The notes under the pieces: model-generated
Database searches by the model: none
What the model was told of the DNA's origin: nothing
What the model saw: the letters and a program-made list of their open reading frames with translations, nothing else
Shown here: one piece after another, positions 1 to 9,192 of the stretch
Position numbering within the stretch: the first letter of the stretch is position 1
Layout: every line of letters starts with the position of its first letter
Translations under genes and position numbers: made by a program
Assembly: GCA_027460535.1 (NCBI GenBank)
Contig: JAPZAR010000031.1
Location: 30,001 to 62,000, forward strand
Source: Candidatus Methanoperedens sp.
GTDB lineage: Archaea; Halobacteriota; Methanosarcinia; Methanosarcinales; Methanoperedenaceae
DNA length: 32,000 nucleotides
Reading direction: 5' to 3'

Positions 1-1005
1 CATTCTCGATCCATATTTATCTGAAAGCACTCCCCCTATTGGGCCTGTTATTGCAAGACCAATTGCAAGAGGTATGGTGAGTATGCTTGCCGTAAGCGGG
101 TCATAGCCCCTCGGTCCCTGGAAGAAGAGGATTAGAAGAATCATTACCGCCCCTCTGGCTATTGAATTTAATAGGGCGCTCAGCTGCCCGTAGGAGAAGA
201 TTCTTATTTTGAACAGGTTCAGGTCCATCAATGGATATATCGCTCGCTTTTCGACGCGCAGGAAGGCGGTAAAACTAACGATAGCGATAACAAGTGACAG
301 AAGCATTGGAGGCGATGTCAAACCAAATATAAACCCTGCCGTGAGATATATCATGGTCGTGATGAAGGCGATCGTGAATAAGACCATTCCAGTGAGGTCG
401 AATTTTTCTCCTTTCGGCAGCTCTGCCACATCTTTCAATTTCAAATGCGCCCAAACCGTAGTTACGATACCAATTGGAACATTAAAAAAGAAAATCAGCC
501 GCCAGTCTATCAATGTAAGGAGCCCTCCCAATATCGGACCCACGACAAATGCTGCGGCCATGATCATGCTAAGGATCCCCATTGCTTTTCCCAGTTCGTT
601 CCGCCTGAAAGCATCGGTGACAATGATGGTGCCGTTGGACACAAGCATCGATCCTCCCACAGCCTGCAATACCCTGAAAGCGATAAGCTGGTTTATGTCA
701 GCTGCAAAACCGCAAAGCAATGAACCAATTGTAAAGACTGCCAATCCATAGACGTAGAGTTTCTTCCGCCCGTAAATATCTGCAAGCCTGCCCCAGGCTG
801 GAGCAAGTATTGTGAGGAGGAGTGAATAACTTATCAGTACCCACATTATCCCGAAGAGGTCTGTCTTCAGTTTCACCATCATAGTGGGAAGAGCGATTAT
901 CAGGGTGCTGGCATTAAGAATCCCGACAAGCATTCCGAGAGAGGTCACCGAAAGGGCGGTCCATTTATAGCTTTCCTGAATGCTGCTATTAAAGTTAGAG
1001 TTCAT
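1..1005 (-). CDS. MFS transporter, DHA2/EmrB-like drug:H+ antiporter family (3' end cut by window edge)
   Basis: My own minus-strand translation from the ATG at complement 1003-1005 gives MNSNFNSSIQESYKWTALSVTSLGMLVGILNASTLIIALPTMM...APAWGRLADIYGRKKLYVYGLAVFTIGSLLCGF...LQAVGGSMLVSNG...VGPILGGLL. It carries the MFS signature G-R-L-A-D-x-Y-G-R-K. The frame stays open to position 1, so it is absent from the ORF track. The + ORFs 209..751 and 445..723 are antisense shadows. Confidence 0.85.
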   Translation of the reverse strand, partial: MNSNFNSSIQESYKWTALSVTSLGMLVGILNASTLIIALPTMMVKLKTDLFGIMWVLISYSLLLTILAPAWGRLADIYGRKKLYVYGLAVFTIGSLLCGFAADINQLIAFRVLQAVGGSMLVSNGTIIVTDAFRRNELGKAMGILSMIMAAAFVVGPILGGLLTLIDWRLIFFFNVPIGIVTTVWAHLKLKDVAELPKGEKFDLTGMVLFTIAFITTMIYLTAGFIFGLTSPPMLLSLVIAIVSFTAFLRVEKRAIYPLMDLNLFKIRIFSYGQLSALLNSIARGAVMILLILFFQGPRGYDPLTASILTIPLAIGLAITGPIGGVLSDKYGSRM

Positions 1006-1337
1006 AGTAATTCTTACAAAAGATGAAGCCATCTTTAATAATTCTCGCATATTTAAGATTATGTGCGAATAAACCGTATTGGATACACATCTGCAGGATT
1101 CAGATGTTTTTCCTGCTAATCCTTTGGTTCTTTTAACCGGCCAGGCGTTCAATATTGAGGTATCAGTGGCACAGAGTATTTCCCATCGCTTTCAGCGATG
1201 TTGTACCCTGAAACAATGCGATAGGTATTTGTGTATCGTGAACCAAAATCTCAATTGAAGCACAAGAAATATGTACAATCAACGCAAATCCTAAAAAAGA
1301 GAATAAAATAACATCTCAAAATAAGGTGGTATTTTTC

Positions 1338-2006
1338 ATGAATGTCACAGATGCACTGAATTCCCGTTATAGTACACGCGCCTTTAGACCCGATCAAGTG
1401 GATAAGGAAACGATCCTCAATATCCTGGAAGCTGCGACCCGCGCGCCCTCATGGGCCAATACACAGCCGTGGGAAATATTTGTTGCCGGTGGAGAAGTGT
1501 TAAACAGGATACGCGGGGAATATCTGGCAAATTTCCAGAATGGCGTGCCCGGTAAACCGGATGTGGTGGCGCCGCAGAAATGGCCCCCAGCCATGAAAAA
1601 GCGTATGGAAGAGCTGGGAGAGACACGCTTTAATATCGCCGGAATAAAGCGTGATGATAAAGCGGCTAGACATGCCATTTTTGAAATGAACTATAAGTTT
1701 TTCGGAGCGTCGGTAGTCATTTACCTGTGCATGGATCGCAGCCTTACACCGTGGTCGATATTTGATATTGGAATGTTGGCTCAGAGTATTATGTTAGCAT
1801 CGCAGGAACATGGTCTGGGCTCGATCCCGGCTTATATGCTGGTATCCTACCCTGATCTTATTCGCACAGAACTGGAAATTCCGGAACACCTCTCTATTAT
1901 AATAGGTATAGCGCTTGGCTATAGTGATATACAACATCCGCAGAATAAGTTCAGGAGCCCCAGGCGGCCAATCCTGGAAGTTGTCAGGTTTAAGGGGTTC
2001 GGTTAA
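1338..2006 (+). CDS. nitroreductase family protein
   Basis: LNSRYSTRAFRPDQVDKETILNILEAATRAPSWANTQPWEIFV is a typical nitroreductase N-terminal motif. The ATG at 1338 follows GGTGG (1325-1329) and is preferred over the GTG at 1326. Confidence 0.85.
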   Translation: MNVTDALNSRYSTRAFRPDQVDKETILNILEAATRAPSWANTQPWEIFVAGGEVLNRIRGEYLANFQNGVPGKPDVVAPQKWPPAMKKRMEELGETRFNIAGIKRDDKAARHAIFEMNYKFFGASVVIYLCMDRSLTPWSIFDIGMLAQSIMLASQEHGLGSIPAYMLVSYPDLIRTELEIPEHLSIIIGIALGYSDIQHPQNKFRSPRRPILEVVRFKGFG

Positions 2007-2197
2007 ATTAACATGGCATTCTACGTTTTCAAATCAAGCTAATTTTGGATTGGTTCCAAATATTCCATTAATACTTTTTCGATATTCTTTCATCCGTAAG
2101 AATGAATCCTGTGCAGCATCACACTGATGCACCGCGGGATTTATCGAAGCAAAGTCTTAAAATACATTCAAAGGACAATTCAGATAGGGAGGAATTT

Positions 2198-2761
2198 ATG
2201 AAAAAGTCCCGAGGTGCAAAAACTCTTGTTTATCCTATCCCGGTTTGGGTCATAGGAACGTATGGCAAAGACAGAAAACCGAACGTAGCGACCATAGCCT
2301 GGGGTGGCATTTGCTGCTCCGATCCTCCGTGCGTCGCTATCTCTCTTCGGAAAGCGACGTATTCGTATGGCAATATCATGGAACGAAAGGCTTTCACGGT
2401 CAATGTTCCTTCTGAACAATACATCAGGGAAGCGGATTATTTCGGAACTGTCTCAGGCAAAAGCGTGGACAAGTTCAGCGAAGCAGGGCTCACCAGCGTC
2501 AAGAGTGACCTTGTCGATGCTCCATACGTGAAAGAATTTCCTATTGTTCTGGAATGTAAACTGATCCGTTCCATTGAAATAGGGTTGCACACGCAGTTTA
2601 TAGGCGAGATCATGGACGTCTTGGAAGACGAACTCGTGCTGGCAGATAATGGGCTTACTGATATCGAAAAATTAAAACCGATCATATTTGCTCCGGATAT
2701 TGCGAGCTATTATGGAATCGGCAAATATCTTGGAAAGGCATTTTCCATGGGGAAGAGATAA
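2198..2761 (+). CDS. flavin reductase-like FMN-binding (split-barrel, flavoredoxin-type) protein
   Basis: [51 protein letters not shown]...AFTVNVPSE...[14 protein letters not shown] matches the flavin reductase domain pattern. The ATG at 2198 follows GGGAGG (2187-2192), so the longer ORF start at 2102 is unlikely. Confidence 0.75.
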   Translation: MKKSRGAKTLVYPIPVWVIGTYGKDRKPNVATIAWGGICCSDPPCVAISLRKATYSYGNIMERKAFTVNVPSEQYIREADYFGTVSGKSVDKFSEAGLTSVKSDLVDAPYVKEFPIVLECKLIRSIEIGLHTQFIGEIMDVLEDELVLADNGLTDIEKLKPIIFAPDIASYYGIGKYLGKAFSMGKR

Positions 2762-2913
2762 GGGAAATCCCATTATTTAAATTTAAGGCGCCAGGATGTG
2801 CCGGACGACCTCATGTTTTGGGCCCTCATCCACAAGATACAGGCCTCGAAGCCCCTCATTTTGCCGTGCGATTTTTACTAAAATTAGTAAAGCTCTCTTC
2901 GCTACTTTTATTA

Positions 2914-3675
2914 ATGGAAAGACTAATCAAACATCAGATGAAGCTCGCGGAATCATCGGCTTTCAGGGTGGCAATTTTGGTGTCACCAGCCTTATTTATC
3001 CTGATCCTCACAGTAATGATTTCGTTAGTGACGGGGCATCCCCAAGGATTGTTCCTGTCCCGTTCAATCAGGGCTATGCTGGTAAGATTTGTTCTGGTTA
3101 CGATTATATTCATAGCACCTGTTTTGATATTGCCCAGACTTCTTGCTCTGGTGGTGAACAGGGCGAAGAATGAAGGGCGATTCGGACAGTTTGTCAAGGC
3201 CGCATCAGACCCCTATCCAAAATTGAGCAAGCTTGATGCGTGGGTTATCAGACCACTGCAAGGTATCGGTCTATCTATGATCTTTGCTGAGAGACTGGTG
3301 AATTTATTAGAGTTCCTTCCGGTCCGCCTGGTTCTCTTCTTTATGGGCAGTGCATTAGTTTCCCTTTTTCTCTCAGTGGTTTGGGGGTTGGATGATTTAG
3401 GCATCAGGATCTACAGCAGAAGAACGGGTGAAGTATATATGGCTGGCAGAAGCATTGGCACAGTCCTGCCTTTGATCGGTGGTGCAATCGGAATATCCAG
3501 CTTGTTTCACCTTGGTTCTCCTCTAGATGCCTTAACTGAACTTTTCGAAATCGTTATGGTACTCTATCCATCGTACTTGTTCTTCGTTATTTTCCATCAG
3601 GAATTCATTAGAAAGCGAATGGCATCTTTATCGGAAAGACTTCTTTTGAAAAGAATAGAAACGAACTTAAGGTGA
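2914..3675 (+). CDS. hypothetical multi-pass membrane protein
   Basis: A long ORF with several hydrophobic helices (VAILVSPALFILILTVMISLV, FVLVTIIFIAPVLILPRLLALV, LVLFFMGSALVSLFLSVVWGL, VLPLIGGAIGISSLF). I recognised no family. The start is uncertain: TTG 2818, ATG 2914 or ATG 2938. Confidence 0.5.
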   Translation: MERLIKHQMKLAESSAFRVAILVSPALFILILTVMISLVTGHPQGLFLSRSIRAMLVRFVLVTIIFIAPVLILPRLLALVVNRAKNEGRFGQFVKAASDPYPKLSKLDAWVIRPLQGIGLSMIFAERLVNLLEFLPVRLVLFFMGSALVSLFLSVVWGLDDLGIRIYSRRTGEVYMAGRSIGTVLPLIGGAIGISSLFHLGSPLDALTELFEIVMVLYPSYLFFVIFHQEFIRKRMASLSERLLLKRIETNLR

Positions 3676-3909
3676 TGAGAAATTGTTCCGGAAATTGTTT
3701 GAGATGATAATGAATGATAATATTGAAAGATGTGGTTTTGAAGAAAGATTTTTCTGATCCGAAAGTTAGCATGCATTTTGAGAACCATGGAAGGATAGGA
3801 TAACATCGGAATGATTAAAAATAGAATATTGATCAAAACAATTCATGCTTTTTAAGTTTCACTCAGTCTTTCTAATGCCTGTCTATTTGACAGCGCAATT
3901 TTTTTTAAT

Positions 3910-4635
3910 CTAAAACACTCTTTCAACTTTTGTTTTTGTATAATAATCAAAGAATTTGATATAGCCCCTTTTCCTGAAAAATAACACTCCGATCAGGAAA
4001 TCCAGCGGAAGCAAAAATACTTTCCCGATATTCCTTGTAGCACTTTCTAGAATTGTGATTTTATCGCCATTTGCCTTTACTACCCGGATGTTCATAACAT
4101 ATTTTCCAATCGTCTGGCCATTATAGGCTTCCATAATTACAAAAGAAGCATATGCAAATTGAAGGGCCAATTGAAGATATATTATGACAAGGAAAGTGTG
4201 GACATCAAATTTTAGCCCATTGCTAAATGCAAAGAAAAGGGCCACACCCACAAACAAGAATAGTGCGAAATCTATGAATGATGCTACAGCTCTTCTCACC
4301 AATGTTTGAGCAGAAAAGGTATTGTTCCCGTCATTTTTGATTATTTCCTTCGCATCTTTCCATAATCTTGCATCAACTTCCTGGAGCATACCGTGGGTAA
4401 TTTTCCCGTACTCTGAAAGTCTGTAATTCTTTTTCTCGGTAAGTTCAATGAAACCTTTCATCTTCCTTAAATGAAAATTCAGGTTCCCTTCCTCTATATT
4501 CAGTGTGTGCAGGATCTCTGTGTACGACATCTCTATGTTTTCATGAAGAAGAGATATTATTTCTGCCCTGATTTCATGAGAAAGAACTTTAAAAAACTCT
4601 ACTGTCTTTAGTTCTTTTATTTGTTCAATTGTCAT
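3910..4635 (-). CDS. ArsR-type winged-helix domain fused to RDD-family membrane domain
   Basis: The N-terminus FFKVLSHEIRAEIISLLHENIEMSYTEILHTLNIEEGNLNFHLRKMKGFIELTEKKNYRLSEYG looks like an ArsR/SmtB-like wHTH. The C-terminus RRAVASFIDFALFLFVGV...NGQTIGKYVMNIRVV...ATRNIGKVFLLPLDFLIG has the RDD-domain pattern with TM helices. Confidence 0.7.
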   Translation of the reverse strand: MTIEQIKELKTVEFFKVLSHEIRAEIISLLHENIEMSYTEILHTLNIEEGNLNFHLRKMKGFIELTEKKNYRLSEYGKITHGMLQEVDARLWKDAKEIIKNDGNNTFSAQTLVRRAVASFIDFALFLFVGVALFFAFSNGLKFDVHTFLVIIYLQLALQFAYASFVIMEAYNGQTIGKYVMNIRVVKANGDKITILESATRNIGKVFLLPLDFLIGVLFFRKRGYIKFFDYYTKTKVERVF

Positions 4636-4834
4636 TTTGTGATTAGTACGCCTTATTTTATCGTTATAGCCTTTAATCTTTATGTTTAATAATTAATTTT
4701 CTTCCTGTGCTGCAAAAACATTTGTTTTGGAGATTTTATTTTTGTTCCTGATACACAATTATTTTTTTTCTTGAATAATTATAAATATGGTGAATCCTAA
4801 TGAATGAAAATGGCTTTTAGCCAAGAGGTATGAT

Positions 4835-5713
4835 ATGAAGATACGAAACCCAGTTTTTAGTTTAGCAATATTAGCGATGATGACGACCCTCTTCATCGGG
4901 GCCGTTATGGCACAAGAAGCGGGCCCGGCTCTGAACGGAAATGCTCTTATGATGAAGGGATGGATGGATTATTCAGAATGGTTCGTGATTGTTACGCTTT
5001 TTCCTACCATAATAATGATGCTCTTTATCGCGCTCAGCCTTCATATCGCCAGACCCATGGTCTTACGATATCTAAACAGGATGACTCTCCGGCTCGGTGC
5101 TGATTTACTATGGGAGGGATGGATAATAGGAAGAGATGTTTTAATACTCTCCGCTGTTGGTCTTTTAGGGGTAATGATCGTTCCAAGGGTACAGTCTGAT
5201 TGGAACACTGGCGTTTTTATACCGGCTTTCGTGCTTGGTATCATAACGCTGGTGTACAAGCTTGCCACTGATACGGATGCGAACAAGACCAAATACATGG
5301 TCGCAACGGGGCTTACGGCTCTGACACTTGTCGCTGTACTGGTTCCATATTCAATCGGACCGCTCTGGGAATCAAAAGGCTCCGACTTTTTTATGAGCAC
5401 ATATTTAATTCCTTTATCGAATGCAGATACAATTAAGGATGTAAAAACTGCAATGGACGATGCCGTAAATGCAGCGCAAAAGGGAGACAATTCAACTGCC
5501 CTCACTAAAGCACAGGAAGCCGCTGCAGCCCATGATAGACTGGGAGACAGTTTGAAGGCATGGGACTCCGCGAAATCTTCGCAGATCGATGATGCATTTA
5601 ATGCCCTGACGGATGCCGCCAAGAAAGGCGATGTTGCAGGACTGGAGGCTGCTCAAAATACAATCAACCAGATATTAAATGAATATGAAGCGACACTTGG
5701 TGTGTTGGGATGA
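4835..5713 (+). CDS. membrane protein with signal peptide, ~4-5 TM helices and an Ala/Asp/Lys-rich helical C-terminal domain
   Basis: The N-terminus MKIRNPVFSLAILAMMTTLFIGAVMAQEA is signal-like. Hydrophobic helices follow, then the tail DTIKDVKTAMDDAVNAAQKGDNSTALTKAQEAAAAHDRLGDSLKAWDSAK...DAAKKGDVAGLEAAQNTINQIL. GAGGT lies upstream of the ATG. It is the first gene of a same-strand cluster with the ferredoxin, FrhB-like and cytochrome genes. Confidence 0.6.
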   Translation: MKIRNPVFSLAILAMMTTLFIGAVMAQEAGPALNGNALMMKGWMDYSEWFVIVTLFPTIIMMLFIALSLHIARPMVLRYLNRMTLRLGADLLWEGWIIGRDVLILSAVGLLGVMIVPRVQSDWNTGVFIPAFVLGIITLVYKLATDTDANKTKYMVATGLTALTLVAVLVPYSIGPLWESKGSDFFMSTYLIPLSNADTIKDVKTAMDDAVNAAQKGDNSTALTKAQEAAAAHDRLGDSLKAWDSAKSSQIDDAFNALTDAAKKGDVAGLEAAQNTINQILNEYEATLGVLG

Positions 5714-5764
5714 AACATCCACTTTCCGAAGATGACCTCTTAAGGTCACTTCTGGAGGATTTGT

Positions 5765-6013
5765 ATGCCCAGATATAACGTATATGTCAACCAGTCCCAG
5801 TGCTTCGCCTGCGGCATATGCGAGGACATGTGTCCCCGCAGGGTGTTCAGGTTAAAACCCACGGATTTTAAGGGGCCCGAGTATGAAGAAAGGATCCCTC
5901 AGTGGATGGGGACGATCACAGAGGTGGTCGCCGAGGACATGTGTTTTGGCTGCCGGCTATGTGAGAACCAGTGTCCTGTGGGGATAATCGAAATAACCAA
6001 AAGGGAGGTCTAA
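5765..6013 (+). CDS. 2x[4Fe-4S] ferredoxin
   Basis: Two canonical CxxCxxCxxxCP motifs are present: CFACGICEDMCP and CFGCRLCENQCP. GGAGG lies upstream of the ATG. Confidence 0.9.
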   Translation: MPRYNVYVNQSQCFACGICEDMCPRRVFRLKPTDFKGPEYEERIPQWMGTITEVVAEDMCFGCRLCENQCPVGIIEITKREV

Positions 6014-6016
6014 AAA

Positions 6017-7204
6017 ATGTATCTAGACATTGAAAAACATGCTGACAGCAGGCTCGTAAAACCCGTTGCACGGGAATGCTGTGTTTACTGTGGCGCGTGC
6101 GTGTGCGTGAACCCAAGCCCCGGCGTAGGTTTTGAAAACGGGGAGCTGGTCTTCGATGAAGATAGCATCATGTTCGATAAAGACCTGCTGGTCTGCCCGG
6201 TCATAAACAGCAACCACTCAACAACATACCCCAAACCTCCTGTGGCAAAAGGTCAGACCGTGGATGAGCTTCTAGGTCCCTATCTTGAAATTTGTTCTAC
6301 GAAAAGTACGGATGAGAAAGTTCTGAAAAAAGCACAGATCGGAGGTACTGTTACCTCTCTGCTTCTACAGGGGATGAAGGATGAGGTCATAGATTCAGCC
6401 CTCCTTGTCGATAAAGACAAAGGATGGATCGGAAAACCCAGACTTGCCACAACACCTGAAGAAATCCTCGAATCCGCAGGGACCAAGCTTTCAGAGGCAT
6501 CTGTTCTCACCTGCTGGCGGGATGCGATCAAAGCGGGATTTAAGAAGCTTGCCATAGTGGGCATGCCCTGTGTAACCATAGCAGAGCACCTCATTGACGG
6601 ATCCCCTGATTTCAAAGAGTTTGGTGACGTACATAAGCTGAAAATAGGAATATTCTGCATGGAGGCTTTCAATTACCGCGGGCTCTTCACGGAATTTCTG
6701 AAGGATAACCAGAAAATAAAACCATCCAATATCCAGAAAGTAGATGTAAAAGGCAAGATGATAATCCAAGAAATAACGGTTGAGGATAAGATTGCAGTAC
6801 ATACCTATAGCTTAAAAGAACTCCATAAATACGGCCTGCTTGGCTGCCTTCCCTGCCATGATTATGCTGCTGAATATGCTGATATCTCAATAGGGTCTGT
6901 GGGAAGCGAAGATGGCTGGAATACCACGATTGTCAGGACTGAACTTGGGAAAAAATTATTGGATTCGGCAGTGGCATCAGGGCTTCTGGCAAAAAAAGAA
7001 TTGAAAGACCTCGAACATCTGAGAAAAGTAGCCGCGCTTAAAAAGGGATTAAAAATCGGTGAGAAAACAAGAGAACCACCATCAAAAGTAACCAGGGACT
7101 GGATTGTCGCTGAAACAGCAGTACAGGATTATACATATCCCGAAATTTTAAAGCCGATTATAAAAGAAATCGCCAAAGAGAAAGGATCACAGGCCCTTTG
7201 GTAA
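6017..7204 (+). CDS. coenzyme F420 hydrogenase/dehydrogenase beta-subunit family protein (FrhB/FdhB/FpoF-like)
   Basis: It has an N-terminal Cys cluster CVYCGACVCVNP, then GGTVTSLLLQGMKDEVIDSALLV, LAIVGMPCVTIAEHL, KIGIFCMEAF and CLPCHDYAAEYADISIGSVGSEDGWNTTIVRTELGKKLL. These are the characteristic FrhB N- and C-domain motifs. The start lies 3 nt after the ferredoxin stop and follows GGGAGG. Confidence 0.8.
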   Translation: MYLDIEKHADSRLVKPVARECCVYCGACVCVNPSPGVGFENGELVFDEDSIMFDKDLLVCPVINSNHSTTYPKPPVAKGQTVDELLGPYLEICSTKSTDEKVLKKAQIGGTVTSLLLQGMKDEVIDSALLVDKDKGWIGKPRLATTPEEILESAGTKLSEASVLTCWRDAIKAGFKKLAIVGMPCVTIAEHLIDGSPDFKEFGDVHKLKIGIFCMEAFNYRGLFTEFLKDNQKIKPSNIQKVDVKGKMIIQEITVEDKIAVHTYSLKELHKYGLLGCLPCHDYAAEYADISIGSVGSEDGWNTTIVRTELGKKLLDSAVASGLLAKKELKDLEHLRKVAALKKGLKIGEKTREPPSKVTRDWIVAETAVQDYTYPEILKPIIKEIAKEKGSQALW

Positions 7205-7287
7205 AGATAATGATATAATTTTGACAAGGCTTTTTATGGATTGAAAGATAAATTACATTTAGAGAAGCTGCCTAACGGGAGGATCGT

Positions 7288-8490
7288 ATGCGTGTAAAAG
7301 TAATATGTGGAGCTATAATCGGCTTAATGTTTATGTGGATAATTCCGATGGTGCAGGGCGCAGGGGAATTTCAGATCAGCTATTCCTGTGCCAATTGCCA
7401 TAAGGACAGGTATGATGAATGGTCGCGTTCGATGCATGCCCTGGCCGTAAGTGACCCGATATTCGAGGCAGAATACCTACGTGCTCTTCAATCCGACCCG
7501 AAATACAGTAGTTATTGTCTGACATGCCACTCCCCCACAACGCGGATAACCAACGATTTCAACCTGACTAAATCGATATCCGTTGAAGGTATTACCTGTA
7601 GTTTTTGCCATACAGTGACTGCGGTTGAGAATAATAATTATACGTTTAACCAGAACAACCCCATGCAGGGCCCCTATAAGGATTCAAAGACCGATGCACA
7701 TGCATCGACATACTCCGAATTGCATACAAAATCAGAGTTCTGTGCAGGATGCCATGATTTCGCGATCAACGGTGTGCCGATCTCACGGACATATACTGAA
7801 TGGAAAGAAGGCCCCTATGCAGCAGAGGGCAAGCAATGCCAGGACTGCCACATGGAGACAAAAAATGGGGTTGCAGCGAAGAACGGGACAATGCGGGATC
7901 AGGTCTACCAGCACTTCTGGTATGGCGGGCACACAGGGCAATTCTTACAAAATGCATTCCAGATAGAATCCATAGTCCAGAGGACTGGAAATAGGGTCAA
8001 AGTTACGCTCAATATCACAAACAATAATGTTGGTCACATGATTCCAAGCGGTTTACCCTCACGAAAGGTTGTCCTGGATTTTAAGGCAAGTGATGAGAAA
8101 GGGCAGGCGATATTCAGCGACCAGAGGATCTATACCAAGACACTTATAGACCAATATGGAAATGAAGTGGCAGATTTCTGGAAGGCAGCATCTATATCTA
8201 AGGATAATAGATTCAAGCCAAGAGAGAGCAGAGCTGAGATGTTCGAGTTTGATGTGCCGGACGGCACCGGCAAACTGGATACTCAGACGACCTTAACTTA
8301 TCAGTTAGAAGCTGAGATTATCACTATGGAACCTGAATCCATAAACGTAGAATTGGCAAATATAACCAATATCACGCAGTGGGGGACACCCGTGAAGGTA
8401 ACCCCAAAAGCGTCTGGCCCGGGATTGATCGCATCGATTACGTCTCTGACAGCGGCCGCTCTGTTATTGTGGAGAAGAAAAAAGCTTTAG
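7288..8490 (+). CDS. secreted pentaheme c-type cytochrome with C-terminal PGF-CTERM-like membrane anchor
   Basis: The signal peptide is MRVKVICGAIIGLMFMWIIPMVQGA. There are five CxxCH motifs: CANCH, CLTCH, CSFCH, CAGCH, CQDCH. The first sits in a C..CH....Y.EW..S.H context typical of the c554/NrfA-like multiheme family. The C-terminus is GPGLIASITSLTAAALLLWRRKKL. Confidence 0.85.
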   Translation: MRVKVICGAIIGLMFMWIIPMVQGAGEFQISYSCANCHKDRYDEWSRSMHALAVSDPIFEAEYLRALQSDPKYSSYCLTCHSPTTRITNDFNLTKSISVEGITCSFCHTVTAVENNNYTFNQNNPMQGPYKDSKTDAHASTYSELHTKSEFCAGCHDFAINGVPISRTYTEWKEGPYAAEGKQCQDCHMETKNGVAAKNGTMRDQVYQHFWYGGHTGQFLQNAFQIESIVQRTGNRVKVTLNITNNNVGHMIPSGLPSRKVVLDFKASDEKGQAIFSDQRIYTKTLIDQYGNEVADFWKAASISKDNRFKPRESRAEMFEFDVPDGTGKLDTQTTLTYQLEAEIITMEPESINVELANITNITQWGTPVKVTPKASGPGLIASITSLTAAALLLWRRKKL

Positions 8491-8566
8491 AGATCGAAAT
8501 GGGATAAGAACAATTCTCATTTCTGGAGCAGACTTCCAAGTCAATTAGCGGTATAAAAAAGAGGCT

Positions 8567-9157
8567 GTGGAAAAGATTTCCACCGATCTCCTGGGAGATA
8601 GTGGAACCGTTCAGGACAGCATGGAACTAAAACTGAATAAAGATGAATATACCGTTGGATATGCAAGGGTAAGTGGCGGAGCTCTAATTTTGACGAATTT
8701 CAGGCTCTTAATAGACCGCGGGTTCAAGGTATTCGGAAAAAAGACAAAATCAATCCAAATAAAAGATATCACTGATTTGAAATTTAATAAGAGCTTTTTA
8801 TTTGGAACAGGCATCGATATGAAATATATTGAAGAAAACAGGGAATATGCCGTTTTTATTGAATTTACGGTCTCAACAGAAGCTAAAGAGATCATGGATA
8901 AGATGCGCTCCCTGCAGAAAGGAGAGATTCTGGCGCCTTTTGATGTTCCAAAAGGAGAGATGGGAAGGATCTCATTGGAAGAAGCGGAGCAAATTGCGCT
9001 GAAATTCATGGGAAGCAGAGCCAAAAACCTTGAAGTTGATGAAATAAGACACATTGCAGGAGCATGGAATATTATCCTGTCGAATCAGGAAAAATATGCT
9101 GTTGTGGTTAGCGATGATGGGACAGTAGAAGCATGGAAAAAGCTAACTAAGATTTAA
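8567..9157 (+). CDS. hypothetical protein, PH/GRAM-like N-terminal part and PepSY-like C-terminal part
   Basis: GALILTNFRLLIDRG...IQIKDITDLKF resembles bacterial PH/GRAM-type domains. EEAEQIALKFMGSRAKNLEVDEIRHIAGAWNIILSNQEKYAVVVSDDGTVEAW resembles PepSY. The GTG start follows GAGG. The family assignment is weak. Confidence 0.45.
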   Translation: MEKISTDLLGDSGTVQDSMELKLNKDEYTVGYARVSGGALILTNFRLLIDRGFKVFGKKTKSIQIKDITDLKFNKSFLFGTGIDMKYIEENREYAVFIEFTVSTEAKEIMDKMRSLQKGEILAPFDVPKGEMGRISLEEAEQIALKFMGSRAKNLEVDEIRHIAGAWNIILSNQEKYAVVVSDDGTVEAWKKLTKI

Positions 9158-9192
9158 ACCTCTCTCAGGTTGCCGGTTGTTTTGATTAATAT

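Noticed and set aside
209-751. 180-aa and 92-aa + strand ORFs (209..751, 445..723)
   Set aside because: They lie antisense to a convincingly MFS-like minus-strand frame (1..1005). Their translations are low-complexity with no motifs, so they are shadow ORFs.
2102-2197. N-terminal extensions proposed by the ORF track (2102 for the flavin reductase, 1326 for the nitroreductase, 2818 for the membrane protein, 15124 for the regulator, 26694 for the MFS)
   Set aside because: Internal ATGs have better Shine-Dalgarno spacing, or give a proper signal peptide or domain start. The extensions add non-homologous residues.
7625-7994. Alternative-frame ORFs inside the cytochrome gene (7625..7966 +, 7800..7994 +, 7766..7957 -)
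   Set aside because: They are embedded in the frame that carries five CxxCH motifs and a signal peptide. Their products are Arg/His-rich and look like nonsense.
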